From NCBI GenBank assembly GCA_038087875.1, contig CM075987.1, positions 24,244,001 through 24,308,000 of the forward strand: a stretch of DNA of 64,000 bases, written 5' to 3'. Within the stretch, counting starts at the first letter, position 1, and each line of letters starts with the position of its first letter. Positions 50,712-63,992 of this stretch are shown here, in pieces. The position numbers were made by a program, and so were the translations under genes. The stretch is from Malacoraja senta (Eukaryota). Below the pieces are notes generated by a model. It made no database searches. It saw only the letters and a list, made by a program, of their open reading frames with translations, and was not told where the DNA came from.

Positions 50712-51012
50712 GGAGCCACAGTCTTAGAATAAAGGGGAGGTCATTTAAGACTGAGGTGAGAAAAAACGTTTTCACCCAGAGAGTTGTGAATTTATGGAAT
50801 TCCCTGCCACAGAGGGCAGTGGAGGCCAAGTCAATGGATGGATTTAAGAGAGAGTTAGATAGAGCTCTAGGGGCTAGTGGAGTCAAGGGATATGGGGAGA
50901 AGGCAGGCACGGGTTATTGATAGGGGACGATCAGCCATGATCACAATGAATGGTGGTGCTGGTTCGAAGGGCCGAATGGCCTCCTCCCGCACCTATTTTC
51001 TATTTTTCTATG
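50712..51012 (+). mobile_element. CR1 LINE 3' fragment (similar short copies at about 47835-48062 +, 52375-52660 -, 54793-55100 -, 60870-61320 +, 15410-15950 +, 29471-29660 +)
   Basis: Same ORF2 end / 3'UTR consensus (GGGGAGAAGGCAGG..GATCAGCCATGAT..GGCCGAATGGCC) as the longer copies. Confidence 0.8.
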
Positions 51013-53140
51013 TTAGGAGTATGTTCCTCACTGGTTGTTTCAACCAACGCGAATCGAGGAAGGGTTTCTTGAAAAGTGACGGTAGCTATCCTGGAAACGG
51101 ATTATTGCCAGGAGATGTTTGTGCTACTACTTCACATACTAGTCCAAACCTGACCTCCGAAATTATCAGGGGTCAGGTTCAGGGTCAATTATGTTCGCAA
51201 ACAATGCTGATTACGGCCCTGGCACGGAATCAAAATAATGAATTTGGCATAAATACCTTTTTGAAATTAATTTCATTTAATCTCCTCTGAAGCAGTCGCA
51301 GTAGAATTAGATTTGCTTCATTGGCATTTTCCATTGCTAACATGGAGTAATCCTTTAATACAAGTTTAAGGATTAGATACACCGTATTTCATGTTGCTCA
51401 TTTCAGTGTAATTGTGCAATATCATTGAGCTTAGCCACAGCATTTGCATTGCAACCTTTGCTCTGTGGTGTTAAGTCCCAATGCTGGCTTTGATCTGTAC
51501 CCACGTTTGTCGGACGCAATCTTCATTAGCCTTTCTAATGCACTTAGTGAGTAGCAAAGCCAACAAATTACAATAAGATGCTGAGCTCATAATCATCACT
51601 ATCTTTTTTTTTTTTTTTACCAACTGAAGGGATTTTGTGATTTTGTTTGGTTTAGCGTAGTTTAGAGATACAGCGCGGACACCGGCCCTTCGGCCCACCG
51701 AGTCCGCACCGGCCAGCGATCCCCACCCATCAACACTGTTCTGGGCACACACTGTGGACAATTTACACACATACGCCAAGCCAATTATCCCACATACCTG
51801 CACGTCTTTGGAGTGTGGGAGGAAACCGAAGATCTCGGAGAAAACCCACGCAGGTCACGGGGAGAACGTACAAACTCCGTACAGACAAGCGCCCGTAGTC
51901 GGGATCGAACCCGAGTCTCTGGCTCTGAAAGGCAGCAACTTTACCCCTGGGCCACTGCACCGCCAGCTTGTAACAGCTTTTTCCTGGGACACTGATATTT
52001 AAACGCAGATTTGTTTTGATATTGTTGTCAGCCCTGCTTTCTAACCCCACTTCTTGTCTGCTGAGCCCTGTTCAATTCTAGATCTGGGTTCCCGCCCCTT
52101 TTTATCATACAGTGCTATCTATTGTAACCAGACTCAAGCAATTCATACGATACGAATCGATAGAACTTTATTTATTTACAGTCATAAAAGACGAAATAAC
52201 TGAAACATGAAATTCTATGAAGGCTTTTTCTCCTTCTCACCCTCTTATCAAATGTTAGGCGTTGAATGGCCTTCTCTACTAGACAACTGAAACCACCAGA
52301 AAATGAATGCCACAGTCACTGGAAAGAGATTCGAAAGAGTTGAATGGGCAAAGGTTCACACTGACCATTCATATGTTCAGAAGTTCCAGGAGCAGAATGA
52401 GGCCATTTGGCCCATCGAGTCTACTCCGCCATTCAATCATGGTTGATCCATCTTTCCCTCTCAACCCCATTCTCCTGCCTTCTCCCCATAACCCCTGACA
52501 CCCATACTAATCAAGAATCTATCTATCTCTGCCTTAAAAATATCCACTGACTTAGCCTCTACAGCCTTCTGTGGCAAAGAATTCCACAGATTCACCACCC
52601 TCTGACTAAAGAAATTTCTCCTCATCTCCTTCCTCAAAGAACGTCCTTTCATTCTGAATGTGCCAAAGGGCTTGTTTCCGCACTGTATCTCTAAACTAAA
52701 GGTGGCTATTGACACATAGATGTTTCAATGTATGCGGGAGGCTCTGTTCATCTTGATCAGGAAAAAGACTGACGTGTTTTAATGCTGGGAAAATCTTCCC
52801 AACTCCAGCAATACAGATTCATAACTATAATCACAAGATTATCATATGCAGGCTAGTTCATAACCACAGGTTATTTAACACATCACAAGCTAAACCATCA
52901 TTCTCCACCAACAACGACACTTGTGTGCCACTTGGCACACACTACGAGGACATTTAAGATATCCGTAAGGATTTGTGAATAACTCTCAGCTTCAAGTACA
53001 TGTGCCAATGGTGTTTGCTAACAAGGGCTGAAACTTCCCACAGCTACAAGTGAACCTCGGGATTATCTCATAATCTGTGGATCAGGATTTCAATTTAAAC
53101 TGTTTAGCTGAGACGATTTGAATCCAGGCCTTGGACTTAA

Positions 53141-53273
53141 GTCTGAAGAAGGGTCTCGACCCGAAACGTCACCCATTCCTTCTCTCCACAGATTATGCCT
53201 GGCCCGCTGGGTTACTCCAGCATTTTGTGTCTGCGTTTGATTTAAATCAGCATCTGCAGTTCTTTCCTACACA
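53141..53273 (+). mobile_element. Penelope-derived 3' tail repeat with a hammerhead-like core. Representative of dozens of copies, often inverted pairs, e.g. 5575-5885, 23360-23585, 26160-26345, 35560-36000, 47358-47545, 55651-55826
   Basis: Same sequence as the tail following the GIY-YIG fragment at 45330-45466. Contains CTGAAGA-A-GGGTC-TC-GACCC-GAAACGTC. Confidence 0.75.
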
Positions 53274-54091
53274 CCTTGCAATTAAATGTTAGCAGTGCCA
53301 GAACGATGGGTGTTGAAACTATCAAAACTGCCTGTGATATAGTTGGATTTGAAGAGCACAGGAAAACAGAGTAAGTGAAAGAATTGGTTTCCCAAATTGT
53401 TCAAAGAAAATCGGTGCCCCAGGAAGACAATTTATAGTTCAGTTTAGTTTGGAGATACAGCATGGAAACAGGCCTTTCAGCCCATCGAGTCCGTGCCGAC
53501 CAATGATCACCCATACACCAGGTCTGCCCTCCATGCTTGGGACAAACTAAACTGAACTATATATTGTCTTGCTGGGTCACCAATTTTCTGATGGGCAGAA
53601 AGGACTGTTGGGGTCCCTGGACAGAGCCGGGGGAGGAGGTATAAGGACAGGTGCTGCATCTCCTGCAGTTGCAGAGGAAAGTCCCCGGGGAAGGGGTCAG
53701 ATGGGATGAGTTAACCAGGGAGTTGCAGAGGAAACGGTCTTTGCGGAAAGCAGGAAGACAGAGTCCACCATCTCCTCACTTTCCACCCCATCAGCCGTCG
53801 CATACAACACATAATCCTCTGACATTTTCGCCGCCTCCAATGGGATCCCACCACTAGCCACATCTTCCCATCTCCACCCCTTTCCGCTTTCCGTAGAGAC
53901 CGTTCCCCCCGCAACTCCCTGATTAACTGAGGGTCCTGATGTGAAACGTCAGTTCTCCAGAGATGCTGCATTACCCACTGAGTTACTCCAGCACTTTATG
54001 TCTTTTTTTTTGGGTGTCAACCAGCACTTGCAGTTCCTTCCATCTCCTTAGTTAGTTTGGGTGGAGTGTAGTGAAAGAATGTGCTGTCTCT

Positions 54092-54474
54092 CATGGGCCA
54101 CGGAACCAGGGGGGCTGGGGGCGGCGGGGGGGGGGGGGGGGGCTGCAGCCCCTCCACTTTTTTGGCGAGACATGCTTCATAACCTGAAATTATCCAGCCT
54201 GCAGGCGTATTTTTCTCTTCTTCTGAGGACCTCCGACATCCAGAATCTCAGAACAAGCGCACAATGTGCGTGGCAAAACCAAAGAAGATAGAGCGGAATT
54301 CTGCTCCATGATCTTTGGGGAAAACCACGACCAGCCGCGGCAGAAACCGACTGACCCCCCCCCAAAAAAACCCTCCACTCAACGGGCAATCACAGCGTGG
54401 TTCACAGTCGAGATATGGGGCAGTGAACGAGGCGCTGTGATTAGCCGCCGGGCGGAATGGAGGGAGGGTGGGGC

Positions 54475-54515
<41 letters not shown>

Positions 54516-54749
54516 CCCCGAGAGGCAGGGAGGGAGAGAGAGAGAGAGAGGGGGGGAATGGGGGATATATCCCCCCACTTTTTGAGTTGGGGGATGGCCT
54601 GTATTATCCCCCAGTTTTTGGAGGTCGAGCAACAACAAAAAATAACAATAGTGTCACCCTCCCACACCCTCCCTCACCGGGTACCCCAAAGGCCGGTGAT
54701 CAGTGATCGCTCAGCCCCCCCCACTTTCAAAAACCTTCCTCAGCCCCTG
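54092..54749. mobile_element. Probable non-autonomous DNA transposon (hAT-like ends)
   Basis: GC-rich insert with CATGGGCC..GCCCCTG ends and repeated CAGCCCC..CCACTTT subterminal motifs. TSD not clean. Confidence 0.45.
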
Positions 54750-56599
54750 TCTCTTAGTCTTTTAACAGAAAGCAATTCGCAGTCCTTTCAATAGACAATA
54801 GACAATAGACAATAGGTGCAGGAGTAGGCCATTTGGCCCTTCGAGCCAGCACCGCCATTCAATGTGATCATGGCTGATCATTCCCAATCAGTACCCCGTT
54901 CCTGCCTTCTCCCCATATCCCCTGACTCCGCTATTTTTAAGGGCCCTCTCTATCTCTCTCTTGAAAGCATCCAGAGAACCTGCCTCCACCGCCCTCTGAG
55001 GCAGAGAATTCCACAGACTCACCACTCTCTGTGAGAAAAAGTGTTTCCTCGTCTCCATTCTAAATGGCTTACTCCTTATTCTTAAACTGTGGCCCCTGGA
55101 TCTGGACTCCCTGTAAGTTCTTTAACCTTCAAGTAAGAAACAGTAAACCAAACACAAAAAACTGTTTAAGAAACAAGCATGCAAAGAAAATAGTTTCCGC
55201 AAAGACAATCTTTGACAATCAGCCCATAGACTTTGGAATCGTGAAGGAAATATATCTTGGCATACGCCAAATTTTCAGATTTGTGGTTTTCAGTATTTTT
55301 ATAATAAAATTTTAATCCACTCTATTTAAAGATGAAAGGTTAGGGATATTTTATACATATAAAATTTTATTATAACTTGTCTAGCCGACATTGCCAGAAG
55401 CTAAATGACAAGTGATATTTTACAATTTATATTGATTGCAGATCCCTGTGAATGTATTGTAATGTACAGCTGTTCTTTACAGAGCCCCATTATGAACATG
55501 TTGACATTCCCTACAACAGACATGTTTAATTCTTGAGAGCTGGTCAGCTTTCTATCACACCTTGGCAGGTCAGCGTGAGGAATGATGTAATCACATGTTG
55601 TGATCTAAAACTTTCCCATCCAGTGTTGAAATGTCTGGCCTTCCTGTCAGGTAGACAAAAATGCTGGAGAAACTCAGCGGGTGAGGCAGCATCTATGGAG
55701 CGAAGGAATAGGTGACGTTTCGGGTCTCGACCTATTTCCTTCGCTCCCTAGATGCTGCCTCACCCGCTGAGTTTCTCCAGCATTTTATGTCTACCTTCGA
55801 TTTTTCCAGCATCTGCAGTTCTTTCTCTAGCCTTCCTGTCGGCGTCAGTTGCAATAATTCAGACTCTCGGATCAATTACTTTCTATACTTTTAGTTTAGT
55901 CTGGTTTAGTTTAGTGTGGAGATACAGCGCGGAAACAGGCCCTTCGGCCCACCGAGTCCGCGACGACAAGCAATCCCCACACGCTAACACTGCCCTACAC
56001 ACACTGGGGACAATTCTTACATGTAAACCAAGCCAATTAACCTACAAACCTGTACGCCTTTGGAGTGTGGGAGGAAACGGAAATTCTCGGAGAAAACCCA
56101 CGCAGGTCACGGGGAGATCGTAGAAATCCTATACAGACAGCACCCGTAGTCAGGATTGAACCCGGGTCTCTGGCGCTGTAAGGAAGTAATTCCACCGCTG
56201 CGCCACTTTGCCGCCCTATCTTGTGATCGAAAACTTTCCCATCCATTGTCAAAATGTCTAGTCTTCCTGTCAGTGTTAGTTGCAATCATTCAGACTCTTG
56301 AATCAATTAGGATCTATACTGTGGTTGTTTCCAAAAGCCCCTTACCATTTAAAGATAACTGATTATCAAGAGGGCAGTGTTTTGTACCAATGTCCCAAGA
56401 AAGTGAATGGCTTTTGCTGGTAAGTTTAAATTAAATTAAATTAAATTAAATTTCAATCCAATCCAACTAATTCTAAATATATTAAAGGTTTTGTTCTTTA
56501 ATCAATGGGTTCAAAGAAGAACAGAAAGTTTCTGTTCACACCTTTTCATTTGATCTCCTATTCTACCCTTGGGGAATAAATTGGGGCCTGTTGTAAAGG

Positions 56600-57310
56600 A
56601 TGGCATGGTGGCGCAGCGGTAGAGTTGCTGCCTTACAGCGCCAGAGGTCCGGGTTCGATCCTGACTACGGGTGCTGTCTGTACGGAGTTTGTACAGATTG
56701 AGGGGGGATCTTATAGAAACTTACAAAATTCTTAAGGGGTTGGACAGGCTAGATGCAGGAAGATAGTTCCCGATGTTGGGGAAGTCCAGAACACGAGGTC
56801 ACAGTTTAAGGATAAGGGGGAAGTCTTTTAGGACCGAGATGAGAAAAACATTTTTCACACAGAAAGTGGTGAATCTGTGGAATTCTCTGCCACAGAAGGT
56901 AGTTGAGGCCAGTTCATTGGCTATATTTAAGAGGGAGTTAGATGTGGCCCTTGTGGCTAAAGGGAGCAGGGGGTATGGAGAGAAGGCAGGTACAGGATAC
57001 TGAGTTGGATGATCAGCCATGATCATATTGAATGGTGCTGGCTCGAAGGGCCGAATGGCCTACTCCTGCACCTATTTTCTATGTTTCTATGTTTCCCCGT
57101 GACCTGCGTGGGTTTTCTCCGAGATCTTCGTTCTCCACCCACACTCCAAAGACGTGCAGGTTTGTAGGTTAATTGCCTTGGTGTATGAGTAAATTGTCCC
57201 TCAGCGTGTGTGGGGTAGTATTGGTGTGCGGGGGATCGCTGGTCCGTGCAGACTCGTTGGGCCAAAAGGCCTGTTTCCGCGCCGTATCTCTAACCTAAGC
57301 TAAGCTAAGT
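56600..57310 (+). mobile_element. HE1-type V-SINE interrupted by a CR1 3' fragment (about 56697-57090)
   Basis: The SINE breaks after TACGGAGTTTGTAC and resumes at TTCCCCGTGACCTGCGTGGG. The insert encodes GKSRTRGHSLRIRGKSF..GYGEKAGTGY. Confidence 0.88.
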
Positions 57311-58515
57311 GACCTATAGTTTAAACCTGTAATCTCTCTAATGCACTGCCATATCGATCTATATTTCATGGGAAACTGGCTGACAGAAATATGTTGTCAG
57401 GTCTGAAGCATCCAGAACATTTTCCATCAGTGTAGTCCAATTTTGTCTGGTAAAGAAAAAAATTCTCATCCAGTTAAGAATTGTACATTTCAGCGATTTC
57501 TCACCAAAATAGTCCTTAGAGCTTCACACACGACATGCTGAGAAATCATTTTGGAAAAACTCAGCCTTTTTTGTGCTGAATTGCAACAGCTGAAGACCAC
57601 GTTATTCATTTTGCAGTCGGTGACGGCTAATTCAATATCAGAGTGGCTACTGAGTGAAATAATCCCAGGTGGATTGCCTTATCTGGACCTCTGGGCTAAT
57701 ACCTGCTCACCCCCATGGTAGTTTTGTTCTTGGTTTAGAGAGATCAAGCCAGGAAACAGGCCCGATGCCCTCCCCTCCTCCCCGGCTCCACGCTGACCAC
57801 CCATTCACACTTGTTCCTCGTTACCCCACTTTCCCATCCACTCCAGACACACCTGGGACAATTTTACTCAGGGACAATTAACCTGCAAACCCGCACGTCT
57901 TTAAGATGTGGTTGGAGAACGGAGCACCCGGAGGAAGCCCACGCTGCCACGGGAGAACGTGCAAACTCCACACGGACAGCATCCAAGGTCAGGTTTGTAC
58001 CTGGGACTCTGGCTCTGCGAGACAGCAGCTCTACCCGCTGCACCACTGCGCCACCTGCCCAGATGATAATGATCTTTCCGCAGCTGTGCAGGTACCTTAC
58101 AACTTAACTTTCTAACCAAACTACTGCAGTGAAAAAGAAATATGAGTGGGTCATAAAACTCCACAGGGGAATGACTCTACAGTTGTGATTCAGGATGATG
58201 AGCATCCAGAGATGAAGACTATTGATCTGGACAAGTGGTTTTAAATCCCATCATGGCTGCTGAAGAAGTTCATTGCAAATAATTAAATGAAAAGGAAATC
58301 TGAAATATAATGTTTCTCTCACTGACAGTGAACAGCGCTGTGATAGAGTTGCTGCCGTACAGCGCCAGAGACCCGGGTTCGATCCTGACTGGAGCTGCTG
58401 ACTGTACGGAGTTTTCACATATATATAAATATGTGTACACTGAACTTTCATGCTCTTATATCTACTTTCATCCATATCAATCTGGAATGCGCCTCCTGAG
58501 AAACTGGTGGGGTTA

Positions 58516-58716
58516 AGGGCCTGTCCCACATGGCGATTTTATCGGTGACTGCCGACGTCATAAGATTTTCAAATCCCGCGGCGACAAAAAAAATATCGCG
58601 ACACTTGAAAAAACACCGCGTCACGCCGCATCACACCGCAAATTTTTCGGTGACCTTTATACGTCAGTCCATGATGCCGGCAGTCGCTGAAAAAATCGTC
58701 AAGTGGGACAGGGCCT
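58516..58716. mobile_element. PIF/Harbinger-type MITE
   Basis: AGGGCCTGTCCCACATGGCGATTTT..AAAATCGTCAAGTGGGACAGGGCCT with TTA TSD. Confidence 0.85.
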
Positions 58717-59847
58717 TTAGTTATATTATTGAAGCAGTATCTGGACTCGCACTTGAACAGCCAAGTATTGTAGGCTGTGAACTACAGTAAATGCTGATAA
58801 ATGAATTAGTATAGATAACGTATTTAATGGTCAGCATAGACATATTACCACCCACTCCCCAGACATCAGTCTGAAGAAGGGTCTCGTCACCCATTCCTTC
58901 TCTCCAGAGATGCTGCCTGTCCCGCTGAGTTACTCCAGCATTTTGTGTCTTGTCTTGTGTCTGGTTTAAACCAGCATCTGCAGTTCTTCCCCACACATTT
59001 GGACTGAAGGATCTGTATCCACACTGTATGATTCTATGATCTAATAAAAGAGATGGAGGATTTAGACTCCTGCTGGGATAAAGAGGCCAAAATGTTTTGG
59101 TGCTCATGTAGCAAAGATTTCAAGGCTCTCTCTCTCTTTCCCCTCACAAGATGGACTTGTCAAAGCACTAGGACCATAGGCTCAGCTCGCAATGGACACC
59201 TGCAGAGCACAAGCAATCTGGTAGTAATCCTTGTAGTAAGTGTGTTATTCTTCAAGGGTGTTATCGACAGGTTTTTGGAAGGAACAAATTTAAGTGAAAC
59301 AAGGAAAAGGAAATCACCACACCACCATCTGAATCCAATTTACTCACAAGAGAAGCACCTAGAGATTGGACTCAACTAAACCTTTGGAAATAGACACAAA
59401 ATGCTGGAGTAACTCAGCAGGTCAGGCAGCATCTCAGGAGAGAGGGAATGGATGACGTTCCTTCTTCGGTCAAGGGGGGAGGGAAACTAGAGATATGGAA
59501 GGTTTACAAAGAGCATGTCAGGTGTGAAAAGGACAGATCAAAGCAGATGATGTTCAAGGAATTGTACAATGGTTGATTGGTGGCTGAGGGGAGGTGACAA
59601 CGAGACATGCAAACAGTACAAATAATCAGGAGGACAGGAAAAGTAGCAGGACTAGGGTGGGGGGGGGGGGGACGGAGAGAGAGTGGAGGAGGCCCAGGAT
59701 AGAAAGGTCAGTGTGAGAATGGGAGGGGGAGTTAAAGTGTTTAGCGACCGGGAGATCGTGCAGGCCCAGGCGGACTGAGCGAAGGTGTTCACCTTTGGAA
59801 ATGTTAGGTGCAGCCCAGTTCAGTGCAATGGATATTCATTGAACTTA

Positions 59848-60045
59848 AGGGCCTGTCTCACTTGGGCATCATTTGCAAAGATTTTGTACATCCCAAAATC
59901 CTGGGGCGCCGCGCGCGACCGCGCGTCACTGCCTACGTCACCATGCACCATGCGCGTCTAATGCACACCATGCGAGCGTGCGTCGTGATGCGTAAATGAT
60001 GTCGCGTAAATTACACGCAAATGACGCCCATGTGGGACAGGCCAT
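59848..60045. mobile_element. PIF/Harbinger-type MITE (degenerate right TSD)
   Basis: AGGGCCTGTCTCACTTGGGC..GCCCATGTGGGACAGGCCAT with a CpG-rich interior. Confidence 0.72.
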
Positions 60046-61682
60046 CAAAGTTGTGAGTTCCTGCAAGAGAACTGAAAATGACTTGGTATTAGGGTTTGAG
60101 ATCCATTCAGTGGACCCACTCAGGAGCAATGAATGAACTCACTGTTTACACACAGCGTTATTATGGTACAGAACACATAGTCAGTGCATTTAACTCCATA
60201 ATGCAAGTCTGAAGTCCACCGTTTGGTATTTACAGCAATTTGAGCACAATCACGCTCTTCAGCCTCCATTGTAAAGAAAAATCATATGGTAGTTTTTAAG
60301 ATTTTCTTCTGGCAACATTCTCGATAATTATGACAAAAAATTGCTGCATAAATATAACTTAATTCACGTTCTCAGGTCATGCCAAGGCACATTGCAACCA
60401 ACACTGCAATTTGTCAAAGTGCTGCCAAGATTGTAATGTGGTACAAATAAAGACACAAAGTGCTGGAATAACGGGGCTTAAGCGAAGAGAGTTGCAGCCT
60501 GCGTTGTCTCTCTGTCCAGTTACGTATTGTCTTTGCGCTGACTGGTTAGCACGCCACAAAAGCTTTTCGCTGTACCTCGGTGCCCGTGACAATAGACTAA
60601 CCCCGCTCATTAACTCACTAGTCGAACTGAAAGGTCACGATATGATTGGCTCATGCACAAAGATTCTTGATTAGTACGGGTGTCAGGGGTCATGGGGAGA
60701 AGGCAGGAGAATGGGGTAAGGAGGGAGAGATAGATCAGCCATGATTGAATGGCGGAGTAGACATGATGGGACAAATATCCTAATTCTGCTCCTATCACTT
60801 ATGAACTTATGGAAATCGAAGTGTTAGCGCTGAATTCCATGGTCACTCAGGAAAAAGAGAAATGAATAGTAGGGTAGAAAGGGAGAGTGTGATGCAAATT
60901 TAGAAGGATGTTGCCAGGACTTGAGGGAGAGGTTGGGCAGGCTGGGACTTTATTCCGTGGAGTGCAGGAAGCTGATGGGTGATCTGATAGAGATGTATAA
61001 AATCATGAGGGGAAGAGACAGGGCGAAGAACGCACAGTCTTTTACCCAAGGCAGGGGAATCATGAACTAGCAGGCATACATAGAAACATAGGTGCAGGAG
61101 GAGGCCATTCGGCCCTTTGAGCCAGCACCTCCATTCATTGTGATCATGGGTTTATGGTGAGAGTGGAAGAATTGAATACAAACCTTAGAGGCAACTCTTT
61201 CAACACAGAGGGTGGTGGGTGCATGGAATGAGCTGCCAGAGGAGGTAGTTGAGGCAGGTACATTAACAATAGTTACATAGATGGGAAAGGGATATGGGCC
61301 AGACACGGGTAAATGGGACTATCTTAGAGACAGCCAATTTCATCTACATACCTCTATGTCTTTGGACCATGGGAGGAGTCTGAAGATCTCGGAGGAAACC
61401 CACGTGGTCACGGGGCGAACTTACAAACTCCATACAGACACTGTAAGGCAGCAGCTCTGCCGCTGCGCCACCCGTTGTGGCAGCATTTGTATATATATAT
61501 ATCACTCTGACCGCCTTCAGCCACACTGTTACTGCAACAGCTAGGTGTAGAAGATGTTAGTTTAGTTCAGCCATAAGAATGATCATTACTGCTCAGGTCT
61601 ACTTGAAATGGATCCAGCGTCTTACATCAACCGGAGAAAGAGTTTGAGGTGCATTTTCATCGGACTTATGTTTTGATTGCAG

Positions 61683-61828
61683 GGCGTACTTGGATGTCAA
61701 CGATCTGAAGAACATCCTGAAGCTGGATGGTGCAACGCATCTCAACGTATTCTTCGCCAATTCTTCGGATGAAGAGCTAGCCGGGTTTGCCACATGGCCA
61801 TGGAATAAAGAAGCCCTCACACACCTAG
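61683..61828 (+). CDS. PAPPA: PAPPA coding exon 3
   Basis: 146 nt encoding (R)AYLDVNDLKNILKLDGATHLNVFFANSSDEELAGFATWPWNKEALTHL(G), near-identical to the recalled human AYLDVNELKNILKLDGSTHLNIFFAKSSEEELAGVATWPWDKEALMHLG. Acceptor TTGCAG, donor G|GTAGT. Confidence 0.96.
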
Positions 61829-63792
61829 GTAGTTTACGGATCATTTCCAAAGTAACATTTGTTTCTAAAACTACTTTTCTCTTCATCTTGATCATTCATT
61901 TTGCTGACAATCCATTCATCTTGCTCTGCCTCAATAACAAGGCATCCTAAGGGTTTTAGGCAGACATATGAACGAGTAGGAAATTTAAGAGGCCTTTGGA
62001 TAGATACATGTTCATATATCTTTCCTAGAGTCTCTTAAACTCCCTGCTTGTTCATGCATGGCCATGCAAGAATGTGATCTTTGATCCGACTTTGCTGGCC
62101 TTACCTTGCACTAAAGGTCATTCCCTTATCATGTATCTGTACACTGCGAATGACTCGATTGTAATCATGTATTGTCTTTCCGCTGGCTGGTTAGCACGCG
62201 ACAAAAGCTTTTCACTGTACCTCGGTACACGTGACAATAAACTAAACTGATGTGCATGCAATGGAGGAATATGGACCAGATGAAGGCAGAGGAGAATAAT
62301 ATAACTTGGCATCATATTTGGCATGGACATTGTCGGCCGAATGGCCTGTTCCTGTGTCGGGATTATCTATGTTCTATATTCCATAAATTGCCAGGACATT
62401 AAGAGAACAGTATGTGAGAAAAGGCTCAATCAAACATTATTCCAAAGAGAGACACAAAAAGCTGGAGTAACTCAGCGGGATAGGCAGCATCTCTGGAGAG
62501 ATGGAATGGGTGACGTTTCGGGTCGAGACCCTTCTTCAGACCAGTCAGGGAAAAGGGAAACGAGAGATATAGACGGTGATGTAGAGAGATAAAGAGCAAT
62601 GAATGAAAGCTATGCAGAAAAGTAACTGATAAAGGAAACAGGCCATTGCAGTTTGTTTTGATATGACAGCACAGTTTGAGATCAACTTTCACCAGTGCTT
62701 CACCAGTGCTTCACCAGTGCCTCACGCACACCCCCAGATTCAGGGACAGTTTCTTCCCAGCTGTTATCAGGCAACTGAACTATTCCACCAACAACTAGAT
62801 AGCAGTCCCAAACTTCTATCTACCTCATTGGACTATCCTTGACCGGACTTTGTTGTGCTTTACCTTGCACTAAAAGTTATTCCCTTTATCATGCATCTGT
62901 GCAGTGCGAATGGCTCGCTTGTAATCATGTATTGCCATTCCGTTGGCTGGTTGGCACGCAACAAAAGGCTTTTCACTCTACCTCGGGACACGGGACAATA
63001 AACTAAACTGAGAACTGGGAACACCAGCGTGGCTCATGGCAGTGAGCTGACTTGCTGGGTAGACACTTTGGAAAGAGTTGCCGCAACTTTATAAGGCTGG
63101 ATTGTTTTAATGGGGGAAGGGGCCAGTAACCTCATGGAAAGCTGAGAGAGAGAGCGGAATGCTCCTGGGATGTATGAAGTTAGCATTGCAGGCGGCAATT
63201 TGCAAAGAGTCACAGAATGCCATGTGGCAAAGCAACAGATACACCATCCAAAACTTCCAAGTACAGTCAGAGCAGCGAAACAAACGGGAGCCTGGCCGCT
63301 TCCCATCAGCTGATATCCTCCCTGCTGATCTGCCCAATTATTCACAACTTCCTTGCGTTTCTTCACGAGCTGAGATTGAATAAAAAATGGTGACATAAAA
63401 CCGCTAACAGAACAGGGCGGCACGGTGGCGCGCCGGTAGAGTTTTTCCCTTACAGCGCCAGAGACCCGGGTTCGATTCTGACTACGGGTGCTGTCTGTAT
63501 GGAGTTTTGTACGTTCTCCCCGTGATCTGCGTGGGTTTTCTCTGGGAGCTCGGGTTTTCTCCGGGAGCTCCGTCTTCCTCCCACAGTACAAAGACGTACA
63601 GGTTTGTAGGTTGCAGGCAATTGGGTTTGGAAAAATTGTGTGTGTAGGATAGTGTTAGTGTGTGGGGATGGCTGGTCGGCGCGGACCCGGTGGGTCGAAG
63701 GGCCTGTTTCCGCGCTGTATCTCTAAACTAAACTAAACTATACTTTCTGATTGTGCAATCAAGGTGGCATCGTCCTGAATCCTTCGTTCTAC

Positions 63793-63992
63793 NNNNNNNN
63801 NNNNNNNNNNNNNNNNNNNNNNNNNNNNNNNNNNNNNNNNNNNNNNNNNNNNNNNNNNNNNNNNNNNNNNNNNNNNNNNNNNNNNNNNNNNNNNNNNNNN
63901 NNNNNNNNNNNNNNNNNNNNNNNNNNNNNNNNNNNNNNNNNNNNNNNNNNNNNNNNNNNNNNNNNNNNNNNNNNNNNNNNNNNNNNNNNNNN
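63793..63992. other. Assembly gap (200 N)
   Basis: Fixed-length N run. Confidence 0.99.
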
